Of a stretch of 64,000 nt of DNA, positions 26,554 through 38,780 are shown one piece after another. Position 1 is the stretch's first letter. Every line of letters begins with the position of its first letter. The stretch comes from Octopus sinensis (lineage: Eukaryota). The notes under the pieces are model-generated. The model had not been told where the DNA came from. It worked only from the letters and a program-made list of their open reading frames with translations, and did not search any database. The position numbers and the translations under genes are program-made. The DNA lies in the NCBI RefSeq assembly GCF_006345805.1, contig NC_043008.1, forward strand, positions 66,526,001 to 66,590,000. The letters run 5' to 3'.

Positions 26554-26724
26554 ATATTTTATAATTAGGGCTCAGCAAAGATTTGCTTTACCACATACCG
26601 AAGTTTAGAAATAGCAGCCAGAGAACCTTAGCTATTTCCTCTACTTTAAAGGTTCTCTGGCTGCTATTTCTAAACTTCGGTATGTGGTAAAGCAAATCTT
26701 TGCTGAGCCCTAATTATAAAATAT
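26554..26724. repeat. Perfect 76-bp inverted repeat with 19-nt loop (fold-back element) next to a (TA)n tract
   Basis: Arms 26554-26629 and 26649-26724 are exact reverse complements by eye. Confidence 0.95.
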
Positions 26725-27570
26725 TACTTAAATTTACCGAGAAATGGTCCCTTTCCATGCCAAACTCTACTTGGTGAAATTATTGATTACTAGTTAATTA
26801 ATTAATTTTACCCTTTTTTATTTTTGATAATAGATAGATAGATAGATCCATCCACATATGCATATATATATGAATGTATATATATATCTATAGATGTGTG
26901 TATGTATTATATTTGTGTAAATTATAAATATATGCATGTATGTGTGTGTGTCATTCTTTTCTTCTTGTTTCAATCACTGGATTGCAGCCATTGAGGATTT
27001 TAGTCAAGCAGAACAACCCTAGTATTTACCTTATTTTTAAAGTCTGGTACTACTTCTATCAGTTGCTTTTGCTAAACTACTAAGTTACAGGGATGTTAAC
27101 AAACCAACACACATACATGCATAACAGGCTTCTGCATAGTTTCCATTTACCAAATTCATGCAACAAGGCATTGGTTGATACTTCCCCCAAGGTGCTGCAA
27201 AGTGGAACTGAACATGGAACAACATGGTTGCAAGGCAAGCTTCTTAACCACACAACCACACAGTCATACCTGTGCTTATATATATATAGCCAGTGCTGCC
27301 TGACTGGCTTTTGTGCCATTGTGACACTTAAAAAGCACCATGCAAGTGTGACCGTTGCCAGTACCGCCTGACTGGCCTTCATGCTGGTGACACGTAAAAA
27401 GCACCCGCAACACTCTCGGAGTGGTTGGTGTTAGGAAGGGCATCCAGCTGTAGAAACGTTGCCAGGTCGGATTGGAGCCTGGTGCAGCCTTCTGGCTTGC
27501 CAGCCCTCAGTCAAACCGTCAAACCCATGCCAGCATGGAAAGCGAACACTAAATGACAATGAGGATAATG

Positions 27571-27613
<43 letters not shown>

Positions 27614-28445
27614 AGCATACATGCAGGTTAAAAACTGAAAAAAGGCCGTCATGTGTGTGTGTTTGTCCCACCACCACAACTTGACAACTGGTGTTGGTGT
27701 GTTTATGTCCCTGTAACTTATCGGTTCAGCAAAAGAGAGCCAATACAACAAGTATTAGGCTTAAAAATTAAAAATTAAATCTTGGGGTCAATTTTTCAAC
27801 TAAAGCCCTTCAAGGAAGTGCCCCTGCATGACCACAGATTAATGACTGAAACAAATAAACGATAAAAAGATACACACACACACACACACTCATACATACA
27901 CACATGCAGGTCTGAGTAGATACATGAGTACACACATACACACACATACATGCAATTAGTATTTCAGTGTCAGATGTGAAAACGCAAGCAGTCCACTTAA
28001 CATATACCTGAGATAGCCAACTGGAATATATGCACTTATAATGCACATGTCGATGTGTGCACAGACACGCGCACATACACTCACACTTGTGTGCATGTGT
28101 GTATGTATTGCTCTTACCATCATCTCTTAACATCCATCATCCATACTGGCATTGGTTCAATGGTTTGGCAAGATCTGATGGGTCCAAGGTCTTCATTATG
28201 CTCGAATGTGTTACATACATATATATATATGCATGTGTATGCATTTATGTATGTTCACACATATACACACACGTTCATACAGGTATGTTAAACTTACACC
28301 TGTCAATGTCCTAATCACTAACAGAATCTTCCCCCTTTTCAAACCTACACACACACACACACACACATGGTCTTGTGTCTTTGTTTTGTTACTTTTATAA
28401 GGGTGTGTTAACAAAAACAGGAGTGCACATGTGTGTATATATGTA

Positions 28446-28486
<41 letters not shown>

Positions 28487-28692
28487 TATAATAAGTACTG
28501 GGCCTACAAAGAATAAGTCCTGGGGTCGAGTTGCTCGATTAAAGGCGGTGCTCCAGCATGGCCGCAGTCAAATGAATGAAACAAGTAAAAGAGTAAAAGA
28601 GAGTAAAGAGAGTAGATATATACATAATACATGTATTTATATTATATATATATATATATATATAATACATGTATTTATTTATTTATATATAT

Positions 28693-28766
<74 letters not shown>

Positions 28767-29059
28767 ATACATCCATATGATGAAGTGTGTAACACAAAGG
28801 CTGCTGTACTATTTTACCAGTGGGTATTCTTGGCCATATTTTTCTGTGTGATAACCATCTCAACTGCTGCCCTTAACCTATCTCTCTCTCTCTCTCTCTG
28901 CTTCATCTTCCCCCTTCCTCTCTCTGTCTCACCTGTTACTCTTAGTATGACTGTTTCTCTTCCTTCCCCACTTCCAATCATTTTTTTTAATGTTTATCAC
29001 CTTCCTATTTCTCCTACCACCACAACCATCACGACCACTACTACTACTACTACTACTAC

Positions 29060-29348
29060 TAGCCTGACGTACAGAGAGTGTAGCACTGAGCTGAAACAAA
29101 AAGTGAAATTTTAAAAAACAAAATATCAGATGTACAACTGACAGGCAGAGATTTTCTCTGTCCTTAAAAACAATTATCCGTTACTTTTTCTCGTTGGAAT
29201 CTTTTTACACCTGTATCTACACACCTTCGTATCATCACACGCACACATAAACACACATGTATCTATGTGAATTCATGTGTGTGTTACCTATATAAAAAAA
29301 ACCGGTGTACCCTCGGATTGGAGGGTGTTTGTTTATGTTTTGGTTGGC
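29060..29348 (+). promoter_or_regulatory. Candidate internal promoter/5' UTR for the alternative first exon
   Basis: TATATAAAA at 29289-29297 and CRE-like TGACGTAC at 29065-29072 in unique, non-repeat sequence directly upstream of the candidate ATG. Confidence 0.35.
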
Positions 29349-29429
29349 ATGGAGGAGGAAGAGGATTTTACCTATGAAGAGGATAAAACTGGCTCGTCTT
29401 CTGACATTACTTTGTCTACAGTCTTTCAG
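29349..29429 (+). CDS. Candidate alternative first coding exon of the DAPK locus (MEEEEDFTYEEDKTGSSSDITLSTVFQ)
   Basis: ggcATGG Kozak context, 27 codons of non-repetitive sequence, consensus donor CAG|GTGAGT in phase 0, no convincing upstream acceptor, TATA-like motif about 55 nt upstream. No homology recognised. Confidence 0.5.
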
Positions 29430-29559
29430 GTGAGTTTAGATCTATCTCCCCCACTCCCACCACCAACAAATTACATTAACACCACTCAGTTATAACATGT
29501 CCCAGCCAACATCACCACTATCAACCTGAACATAACCATCACCACCAAACAACATTAAC

Positions 29560-29810
29560 AGTTTCGATTCCCAGACCGGGGCGTTGTGTGTGTTTATTGA
29601 GCGAAAACACCTAAAAGCTCCACGATGCTCCGGCAGGGGGTGGTGGTGACCCCTGTTGTACTCTTTCACCACAACTTTCTCTCACTGTCTCTTCCTCTTT
29701 CTTGAGTAATGCTGCGATGGACTGGCGTCCCGTCCAGCTTGGGGAACACATACGCCACAGAAACTGGGAAACCGGGCCCATGAACCTGGCTAGGCTTGAA
29801 AAGGGCGACA
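29560..29810 (+). mobile_element. V-domain-like SINE fragment
   Basis: gcgatggactggcgtcccgtccag...gaaactgggaaaccgggcc motif typical of V-SINE cores; related pieces at 15770-15925 (-) and 32655-32900 (+). Confidence 0.55.
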
Positions 29811-32018
29811 TTTATCATTTTTTTAACAGCAGCATCAGCACCACTGACCACATTATCACCACTATCATCATCACCACCAACAACAGCATACACCTATTAC
29901 CAACAAGAACAACAACAATATCTCTACCATCACCCATCGCAGCTTATCTCACCACCCATAATAATGCTACATTGCATAATGTAGTACTGGGTAAACTGTT
30001 TCTTAGGAAAACAAATCAGTGGGTTGGTCATGGCTAGAACATCTTCGATCTCTGCACCCCATAAAATATATACCCTGTCTACTGCTACTCTGTACCTCAC
30101 ACAATATATAACATTTCTCTCACCCTGCACTTCACACAATATATACTATGGGTGTCAACCTATACCTTACATGATATATATATCTAGCATTCACCCTGTA
30201 CTTCATTCAATATATATGTTCCTAACTGTTATGCTGTACCCCTACACAGTTGTTATTTGTTACCCTGGCTTCCACATAGCATATATCTTAGTTGCCACCC
30301 TGCATACCCCTTTAGAAGATACACCTGATGTGTCCCTGCACCTAATACCATCTAGCTCCATACATCTCTCTACACGTGTCCTAATGGTATGCTGTTCCCT
30401 ACATCATGTACCCAGGTGTTATATTAATCTACACTCAGTAGCATGCTTCATATAATTGACCCTGGAACATTACAGGGTGCCCCATAAAACATATCCCAAC
30501 TTCTACTGCACAGTACCCGTCACAATTTAGATTGCCACAGGTTAGAGGAGGACTTTCTTCAGTCATGAATAACCATGGGGATTGCACCTAGAAAGTTCCC
30601 TTCTGATGCACAAGTCTAGGCAAGGTTGTCTATGGAAGACCAGCAGTCACCCATGCATACCAGCCTCCCCTCTCCACACCACTGATGTTATCCAAGGGAA
30701 AGGCAAAGGCCAATACAGCTTGGCACTAGTGATATCGCAACTCATTTCTACAGCCGAGTGAACTGGAGCAACATGAAATAGGGTACCCCCATGTAAATCC
30801 CTTCTGACTGCTACAATCCACCCTGCAGTTCTTCAACTGACTGCCAGCCAACCACCCTACTACACTGTACAACCTAGTAATTCATAATGTTTCCAGACCA
30901 CGTGTACATGTAACATACCCAGGGTGCCTGGTTTATGGCCTGCCTACTGACAAATTGTTAACCCTTTGGGTTGAGCATGAACCTTCATCCTGGTTGTCAT
31001 TGCATATGGCATGCTTTGTTTTGTTTTTAGCATGGTTTTTACAGCTACGTGTATTTCTCTTGTGCCAGCAGCACTAGAGAACTTGTAAAGAAGAGTCCTC
31101 TCTACTCTACATCAGTTAATGAGAATAACCCTTTCTTCTCTCTTGATTAAAGAGTGCAGGGTTAATATTGTGGCCCCATTGATTTCTAAGAGTTATTGCC
31201 TATTTTGGTATCTTATTTCCATACCATACTTATACAACTGTTGGAACTAAATTAAGCACGTTTATTCAACCACTCCACATCATCATCACAACAACCAACA
31301 CCATTAACCACAACGCCGGCAACATGCTAAGTACCGAAGGGAAGTACTGTAGGGAACGCAGAGTAGTTAATAAATCCACTCCACAATTATGTGATCTCAG
31401 ATTCAATCCCACTGTGTGACATCTTGGGCAAGTCATTTAGTTATAACCCTGGCTCAACCCAAGCCTTGGAGGTGAAATTGACTCAATGGAAACTGTGCAG
31501 AAGCTTGTCAGATGAATTGTACTTGTAATTCAATGGTCTGTCCTCATTACACTGTATCATTGATTCAGCTTGGGAATCATCTTAAAGATACACATGTTTT
31601 TGGAATACTCAGCCACTTAATTTAACAAGTCAATCACCCAATTGATCAAACCACTGAATGTTCAGCCTCGAAATTGGTAAAGAATTTTTCTTCAGGAGAT
31701 ACATTCTACATGTTTGATTGACATTCTATCAATAGTCAGCAAATCTCTCTCAAATCACAACATGCTGCTTTTTTTTAAAAAATGAGAGCAACATTGGATA
31801 ATGTTGTCCAGGATACACATTGAATGAATGACAGGATGGTCACAACTTGGATGTTTTTTATCACAAACCTGCTTAATTAGGTCTGGCCTGAGGTTAAACA
31901 ACTGAACTGACACCAATGATTATTATATCATCCTTGCACCGACCATGACACTGACCTTAACACTACCATATTAAACAGTGGTGATTATACAATACACACA
32001 CTGCCACAACATATAAAC

Positions 32019-32329
32019 CAGTGGTTCTCAACCATTTTTTATCTATAGACCCTTTGATTACTTTTTTATTCTGTTGGACCCCCATAACCATTCGGTATTC
32101 AGAAACTAGTTCTATAGATACTTATTTCAAAATTCCCATTTTGTTTTTCACACATTAACTTGTATAGGTTGAACTATGTAAAATATTAGGGAAAGCAATC
32201 TAGTTGTTTTTAGCAATACCCACCAATACATACAAAATGTTTTTATGGACCATTAAAATACTAATGTTGATTCCCAATTTACTATTTTGCTAACATGGAC
32301 CTCCAGAGATCAAATCAGTTGAGAATCTG
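32019..32329. mobile_element. hAT/Charlie-type MITE, degenerate
   Basis: TIR cagtggttctcaacc at 32019 and degenerate cagttgagaatctg ending at 32329; internal ggacccc motifs. Confidence 0.5.
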
Positions 32330-33599
32330 TACACACACATACACATCTGCCCCGAGGCACCATGCAGTTGGACTGAACCCCAAACAACTTGGTCGCAAAA
32401 CAAGTTTCTTAACAACATAGCTGGCTCCCGTGCTGGTGGCACGTAAAAAGCACCCACTACACTCTCAGAGTGGTTGGCATAGGAAGGGCATCCAGCTGTA
32501 GAAACATTGCCAGATCAGATTGGATCCTGGTGCAGCCTCCTGGCTTGCCAGCCCCTAATCAAACCGTCCAACCCATACCATTATGGAAAACAGATGTTAA
32601 ACGATGATGATGATGATGATGATAGCCTACTAGATGAAAGTATGGTATATCCTCTATGTCGCCAGTGGAGGTACATGGCTTATTGGTTAGGGTGTTGGAC
32701 TCCTGATCGTAAGACTGTGGTTTCGATTCCTGGACCAGGTGACATGGAGCAAAACACTTCATTTCACTTTGCTCAGGTCCACTCAGCTGGCAAAAATGAA
32801 TAATCCTACAATAGACTGGCATCCTGTCTCGATGGGGACTTTATACGTCATGGAACCCAGCCCTTATGAGTCAGCATGACTTGAGAAGGTAACTTTGCCC
32901 TTTTATGTCGTCAACTACCCATGTGTGAGACATCTACTCACATGGCGGAAACAAGAGCACGGAAACCAGTTGATAAACCTGCTCTGCTTCACAACCAATT
33001 CCACCTTCCACTATAATGTCACATGATCCAGTAGAAATAGCAGCCAAACTTCCCTTGAATCATACTCCTCTCTCTTAAATAAATGAAGGATACATTTAAC
33101 TATGCAACCTTAGATATACAACGAAACAGGATGGTGCTTACATATCTAGAACTATATATAGTTTAAACTCCCGATCAATCTATAAAATAGGGACCACGCC
33201 CCATACACTGTATAATATAAAGGTAGGTATACCCCAGTATTTCTAAGGATATATGTACAACTAACAGGAGTAACAGGTTTTAACAAATAGTATCAACAAC
33301 ACTACATCTGTCGTAAACTTTTATGTGGTCTGTCAGGTTGCTAGAAATAGCAGCGAAAATACTGCCGAAGCTGATGAAACAGGAAAAGAATAAAATGGAG
33401 TGGTTATGGATGAAACATCTTTGATCATAGGTCAGTTCAGCTAGTGCTGACCTGGGGTTAAACTACGGCAGCAGTAGCAGCAACAATAATGATGCAGTCA
33501 TCACCTTCTCCTACCTGTTTGATTCATTAACAACTGTTGCCCTTCATTCATAATTATCATTGCTGCTGCTATGGCTGTGTCTAGTTCAGTCACTCTTTG

Positions 33600-34150
33600 T
33601 TTATGTGTGTGTGTGTGTGTGTGTGTGTGTGAGTGTATGTCTGTATTCAGTGGCTCTTTGTGTGTATGTGTGTGTTTATGTTTGTATGTCTATGTGTGTA
33701 CGTGTCTTTTTATATGTTTATGTTTGGGTACCTGCCTTTGTGAATGTGTGTGTGTATACATATATATATATATATATGTATATGTGTGTGTGCATATATA
33801 TATATATATATATATGCGTATATATATATGTGCATATATGTATATGTGTGTGTGTGTATATATCTTTGTATGTGTTTGGGTACCTGCCTATGTTTGTATG
33901 CTTGTGTGTATGTGTGTTTATATGTATGTCTTTGTTTAGGTACTTCCTATGTTTGTGTGTGTATGTATGTGCATATATATGTGTGCATATATGTATATCT
34001 ATATGTGTGTGTGTGTATGTGTATGTATGTGCATATGTATATATATCTGTGTATGCCTTTGGGTACCTGCCTATGTCTGTACTCTTGTGTGTATGTGTGT
34101 GTTTATATGTATGTCTTTGTTCAGGTACTTCCTATGTTTATGTGTGTGTG
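33600..34150. repeat. Compound (TG)n/(TA)n microsatellite with ~186-bp internal periodicity
   Basis: ttgggtacctgcctatg recurs near 33875 and 34060, and tctttgtt(t/c)aggtacttcctatg near 33929 and 34115. Confidence 0.8.
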
Positions 34151-35221
34151 TGTGTTTGTCTTCTCTTTCCTTTTCTTCTGTCTCTCCATTCTTCATTGCT
34201 CTTCTTCAGTTGCTTTCTTTATTTTCCTCCCCCTTCTCTCCCTTCATCCCCTCTTTCTTTTCTGTCCACTTGCCCTTTTGTCCATGAGGCATGACCCACA
34301 CATCCCTCCAACACCTGTCTTACCAACACCACCGCCACCACTCCCACCAACACCTTCAGTATAATAACACACCACCTTTTTCTACTACTCCACTACTAAC
34401 GAACTATCTACAACGCCGCCAACACCAGCAAGACCAGACCACTGTTAGCAACTTAATCACCAACAACAACAACAACACTATTAACTAACTAACAACACTA
34501 ACACTACTATCACCGCCACCACCACCACCACAACATCACCTTCAACTCTACTATGAAAACTACAAACACCACCACTACTGATTTTGCTCCTACTTGCAAC
34601 TGACGACGCTCCACCCCCACCAGTGACTGGGCTACCTTTCATTCATTCCCCCCACCACCACTACCACTACCACCTTGCTCAGAATGCAAGGTGTTGTAAT
34701 AGGGGTGTCACCTAATCTAGGTAACAACTACGGCAATAGCCACCACTACTGTAGCAACAACAACGAAGAAAGAAAATTGTAACGTATTATTAAATAGTAG
34801 AACTAATGCATAATCCCTCACATTAACTTTCAAGTAAACTGTAATTTGTGTTGCTTACATAACGAGCAGTGTGGTAGAGCAACAGATAGTATCGCAGTAC
34901 GCTGAATCTGAGATCAGGGTTCAATATCTGCTTGAAGCCATTTTATTTTTTGCTTAATTTTGCTTCCTTTTCCTTGCGTCTTTAATGTCACTGGGAAAGG
35001 CTTGAACGTCACAACATTTGTGTTTCTAATCACGTGTTCTTTTGTGCAAGAAAATTAATTATTTATTATTGTTATTGTTGTTTAGGTCTATGTTAACTCT
35101 AACCAGGCAAACCTATGATCAAAGACATTCCAGTCATGACCAGCCCATTGTTTCATACATAGCTTATCTCAGTTTAGGTGTCCAAACTGACCATTAGTTT
35201 TGTTTCGTTGTTTGTTGGTCT

Positions 35222-35466
35222 TTTACTCTTTTACTTGTTTCAGTCATTTGACTGTGGCCATGCTGGAGCACCGCCTTTAGTCAGGCAAATTGACCCCAGG
35301 ACTTATTTTTTGTAAGCCTAGTACTTATTCTATCGGTCTCTTTTGCCGAACGGTTAAGTTACGGGGGCACAAATACACCAGCATCAGTTGTCAAGCGATG
35401 TTGGGGGTACAAACACAGACACACAAACATATACACACACACATACATATATACATATATGTATAT

Positions 35467-35499
<33 letters not shown>

Positions 35500-35506
35500 A
35501 TATATA

Positions 35507-35546
<40 letters not shown>

Positions 35547-35690
35547 TACGACGGGCTTCTTTCAGTTTCCGTCTTCCAAATCTACTCACAGGCTTTGGTC
35601 AGCCCGAGGCTATAGTAGAAGACACTTGCCCAAGGTGTCACACAGTGGGACTGAACCTAGAACCATGTAGTTGGTAAGCAAGCTACTTCA
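35222..35690 (-). mobile_element. SINE family A, near full length
   Basis: Reverse complement of the family A consensus with a central (TA)n. Confidence 0.85.
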
Positions 35691-35817
35691 TTTTAAAAAG
35701 AGTGTAGGGTTTGATTTGAAGGTGATTTGACAGTGCAACACAAATTAACTATCCAAGAGTGGCAATGTTTAAGAGGTATAGAGGAATTTTCTTTTGGAAG
35801 ATTTTCACTCTTTAGCA

Positions 35818-36122
35818 TTCAGATTTGGTAGACGGAAACTGAAAGAAGCCCATCGTATATATGTATGTATATATATATATATATATATATATGTACATGT
35901 GTGTATATGTTTGTGTGTCTGTGTTTGTCCCCCCAACATCGCTTGACAACCGATGCTGGTGTATTTGCATCCCCATAACTTAGCGGTTCAGCAAAAGAGA
36001 CCAATAGAATAAGTACCAGGCTTACAAAGAATAAGTCCTGGGGTTGATTTGCTCGACTAAAGGCGGTGCTCCAGCACGGCCACCGTCAAATGACTGAAAC
36101 AAGTAAAAAAAAAAGTAAAAGA
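35818..36122 (+). mobile_element. SINE family A, 5' truncated
   Basis: Starts at agatttggtagacggaaactg and ends in the family A tail. Confidence 0.8.
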
Positions 36123-36354
36123 AAATATAGTTTTAGGTACAATATATGAATTAATTATTCTGAGTTTTGACTAAACAATGCAAGTGCTTGAACTCTTTTG
36201 ATCCTAATCTACCAAAGTTGAGACCACGCTGGTTCAATGATACAAACTTCCTGTTTTAAAGTGATCCAAATTAAAAACTTTCCTTCAAAATTTCATGCTA
36301 ATTTATGTTCCAAACACCAGCTTAATACAAAATTATTTAACTAAACTCCTCTAC

Positions 36355-36533
36355 TCCTCTCAGTCATTTGACTATGGCCATGCTGGAGCACCGTCTTTAG
36401 TCGAGCAAATCGACCCCAGGACTTATTCTTTGCAAGCCTAGTATTTATTCTATTGGTCTCTTTTGCCAAACCGCTAAGTTATGGGGACGTAAACACACCA
36501 GCATCAGTTGTCAAGCAATGCTGGGGGGGACAA

Positions 36534-36565
<32 letters not shown>

Positions 36566-36737
36566 GTATATGACGGGCTTCTTTCAGTTTCCGTCTACCA
36601 AATCTACTCACAAGGCTTTGATCGGCCCGAGGCTATAGTAGAAGACACTTGCCCAAGGTGCCATGCTGTGGGACTGAACCCAGAACCATGTGGTTGGTAA
36701 GCAAGCTACTTACCACACAGCCACTCCTGCGCCTATA
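36355..36737 (-). mobile_element. SINE family A, near full length
   Basis: Reverse complement of the family A consensus; 5' end at gccactcctgcgcctata. Confidence 0.85.
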
Positions 36738-36747
36738 AAATTATATA

Positions 36748-36820
36748 GGTAACCCAGGATTCGAACCTGGATTACCACAGCCACAACGTTGGGTCCTAAC
36801 CACTAGATGATGATCATGGC
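36748..36820 (-). pseudogene. tRNA-His(GTG) pseudogene
   Basis: Minus strand GCCATGATCATCATCTAGTGGTTAGGACCCAACGTTGTGGCTGTGGTAATCCAGGTTCGAATCCTGGGTTACC closely resembles invertebrate tRNA-His. A and B boxes and the GTG anticodon are present, but there is a 3-nt insertion, an anticodon-stem mismatch and a broken acceptor stem. Confidence 0.85.
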
Positions 36821-37261
36821 TATGAACCTCCCGATCACAGCTATGAAACTCTTCCTTATTTTCAAAATTAATTAAAAACAAAGGCTGTTTTCTTTGAACA
36901 AAAATATGATAATGAAATGGTTGAGCAATTTTCTTTTAATCTTCTTTTACTTGTCTCAGTCACTTGACTGCAGCCATGCTGGAGCACTGCCTTAAAAGGT
37001 TTTAATCGAAGAAATTGACTCCAGGAACGCACCAACACCAGTTGTCAAGCGGTGATGTGGGGGATAAATACAGACAGAAAGACATGTATTTATGTGGTTA
37101 ATGTTCTGCTTAAATTGTTAGAAATTTGCAGCTACGGAATATACATGAGACATGAGGTGATTCCAGAGGGAGTCATTCTGAGAAAAGAAGGATTGGGAAT
37201 TTTGTAGTTAGGACAGATCCTGAGGTGAGAGGGGAAGAGGAGGAATATAGGTAGGAGGAGA

Positions 37262-37526
37262 CACGGCTGTGGAGTCAGTCGGAAGCAATTAAGGAGTAGC
37301 TGGAGTCGGAGTTGGTAAAACTATATTGACTCTGACTCACAATATCTTTATTCTTTGATATAAACCAGTTATAACATATAGGCCTACTCAACATGCAAGT
37401 GTATGTATATGCTTTATAAGACATGTAGACCACATTCACTTAATTACAGAAAGAGGAGTCGGAGGTACCAATAGTAGAGGAGTCAGACTCAGAGTCGAAG
37501 TTTTTTGTTTCGACTCCACAACTTGG
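37262..37526. mobile_element. Degenerate MITE with GGAGTCGG/CCGACTCC-rich ends (hAT-like)
   Basis: cacggctgtggagtcagtcgg at the left end and ttcgactccacaacttg at the right end; internal ggagtcggag repeats. Confidence 0.5.
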
Positions 37527-38780
37527 GAGGGGAGATGAGTAACTCAAGAGTGTCTGAGTGGAGATGGTATGACACTAACCAACTCCAAAAGAACAGAGGC
37601 TATTATAATAACAGTAGAAAACAAAGAGAGAGAGAGAGAAAAGAACAGCATGTTTATGGGACAGAGGTTGGAGTGTGTTAGTGTGTGGCTGCATGGTAAA
37701 TCAGTCAAGTGGCCTTTCTTTGAGTGCAGAGTAGGATATCAAGGTGTGTAGCAGCAGCAGCAGCAGCACTGCTCCCACGGGTAGGAGTAGTGCTGCGTTG
37801 TGGGTCACATCTCATAGGCTTTATGGAGGGTTAGTCTGTAGCGGTTGTGGGCTGAACTATTTTCTGACTGTGATGTAGTGTTTGCAGTGTCAAGAGTGTT
37901 GAAGTTAAAGAAAAAACAGGAAAAAAAAAACAAAAGGAAAATCAATAAGATTTGTGTGTCGACAGTTTATTTTATGTCAGCAGTTTGTAATAACTGAGAT
38001 CTCTTTTATTGATCATCATAAACAGGAAAAATCCCTTTGTTACTTGTTTGTTCAATTCCTTTATCATTAAGTAATTTTACCAAGTCACTCCTTACTAGAT
38101 TTAAACTTACTGACCAACCAACCAGTCCCATAGCTAGCTCAATAGATAGACAGGCAGACAGATAGATAGATATAGATATATCTACCTAGCAGAGCCAAAA
38201 CAAGAGGTTTTTATGTGGTCACTGAGCCTGCTGGAAATAACAGCCAAATCTCCCTCAAATCACATTCATTCACTTTTAAAAAACAAAAAAAAATACAGGA
38301 ATGACACTTTAGATGATATAGACCTTGCAAAATATCTTAGGGGCAGTAAAAAAGATGGAATGAGATGCTCATAGGGGGAGTAAAAAAGGAGTGGAGATGG
38401 TCGAAACTGGAATGCTTTTGATCACAGATCTGTTTGATCAGAACTGATCAAGGACTAACAACCTAGACTCAATGGTCCCACTTTTCGCTCCTTCCACCAA
38501 ACCTCTATAAATCTGTTGAGTTAGATTCTTCCTTTTATTCTTTTACTTGTTTCAGTCATTTGACTGCAGCCATGCTGGACCACCACCTTAAAAGGTTTTT
38601 TTGTTAGTTGAAGAAGTCGATCCCAGGACTTATTCTTTGTAAGCCTAGTATTTATTCTATCGGTCTTTTTTTGCTGAACTGCTAAGTTGCAGGGACATAA
38701 AAACACCAACACTGGTTGTCAAGCGATGGTAGGGGGACAACCACAAACACAGAGACATTACGCAAACACACATATAGAAA

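Noticed and set aside
33560-34364. Long ORFs (244, 206 aa) and similar [12 protein letters not shown]/poly-I ORFs across the window (e.g. 28431-29114, 16812-17234, 52361-52759)
   Set aside because: Translations of di- and trinucleotide microsatellites; no coding signal.
34860-34940. tRNA-like fragment
   Set aside because: Only a partial B-box-like motif and no cloverleaf; probably an old SINE head.
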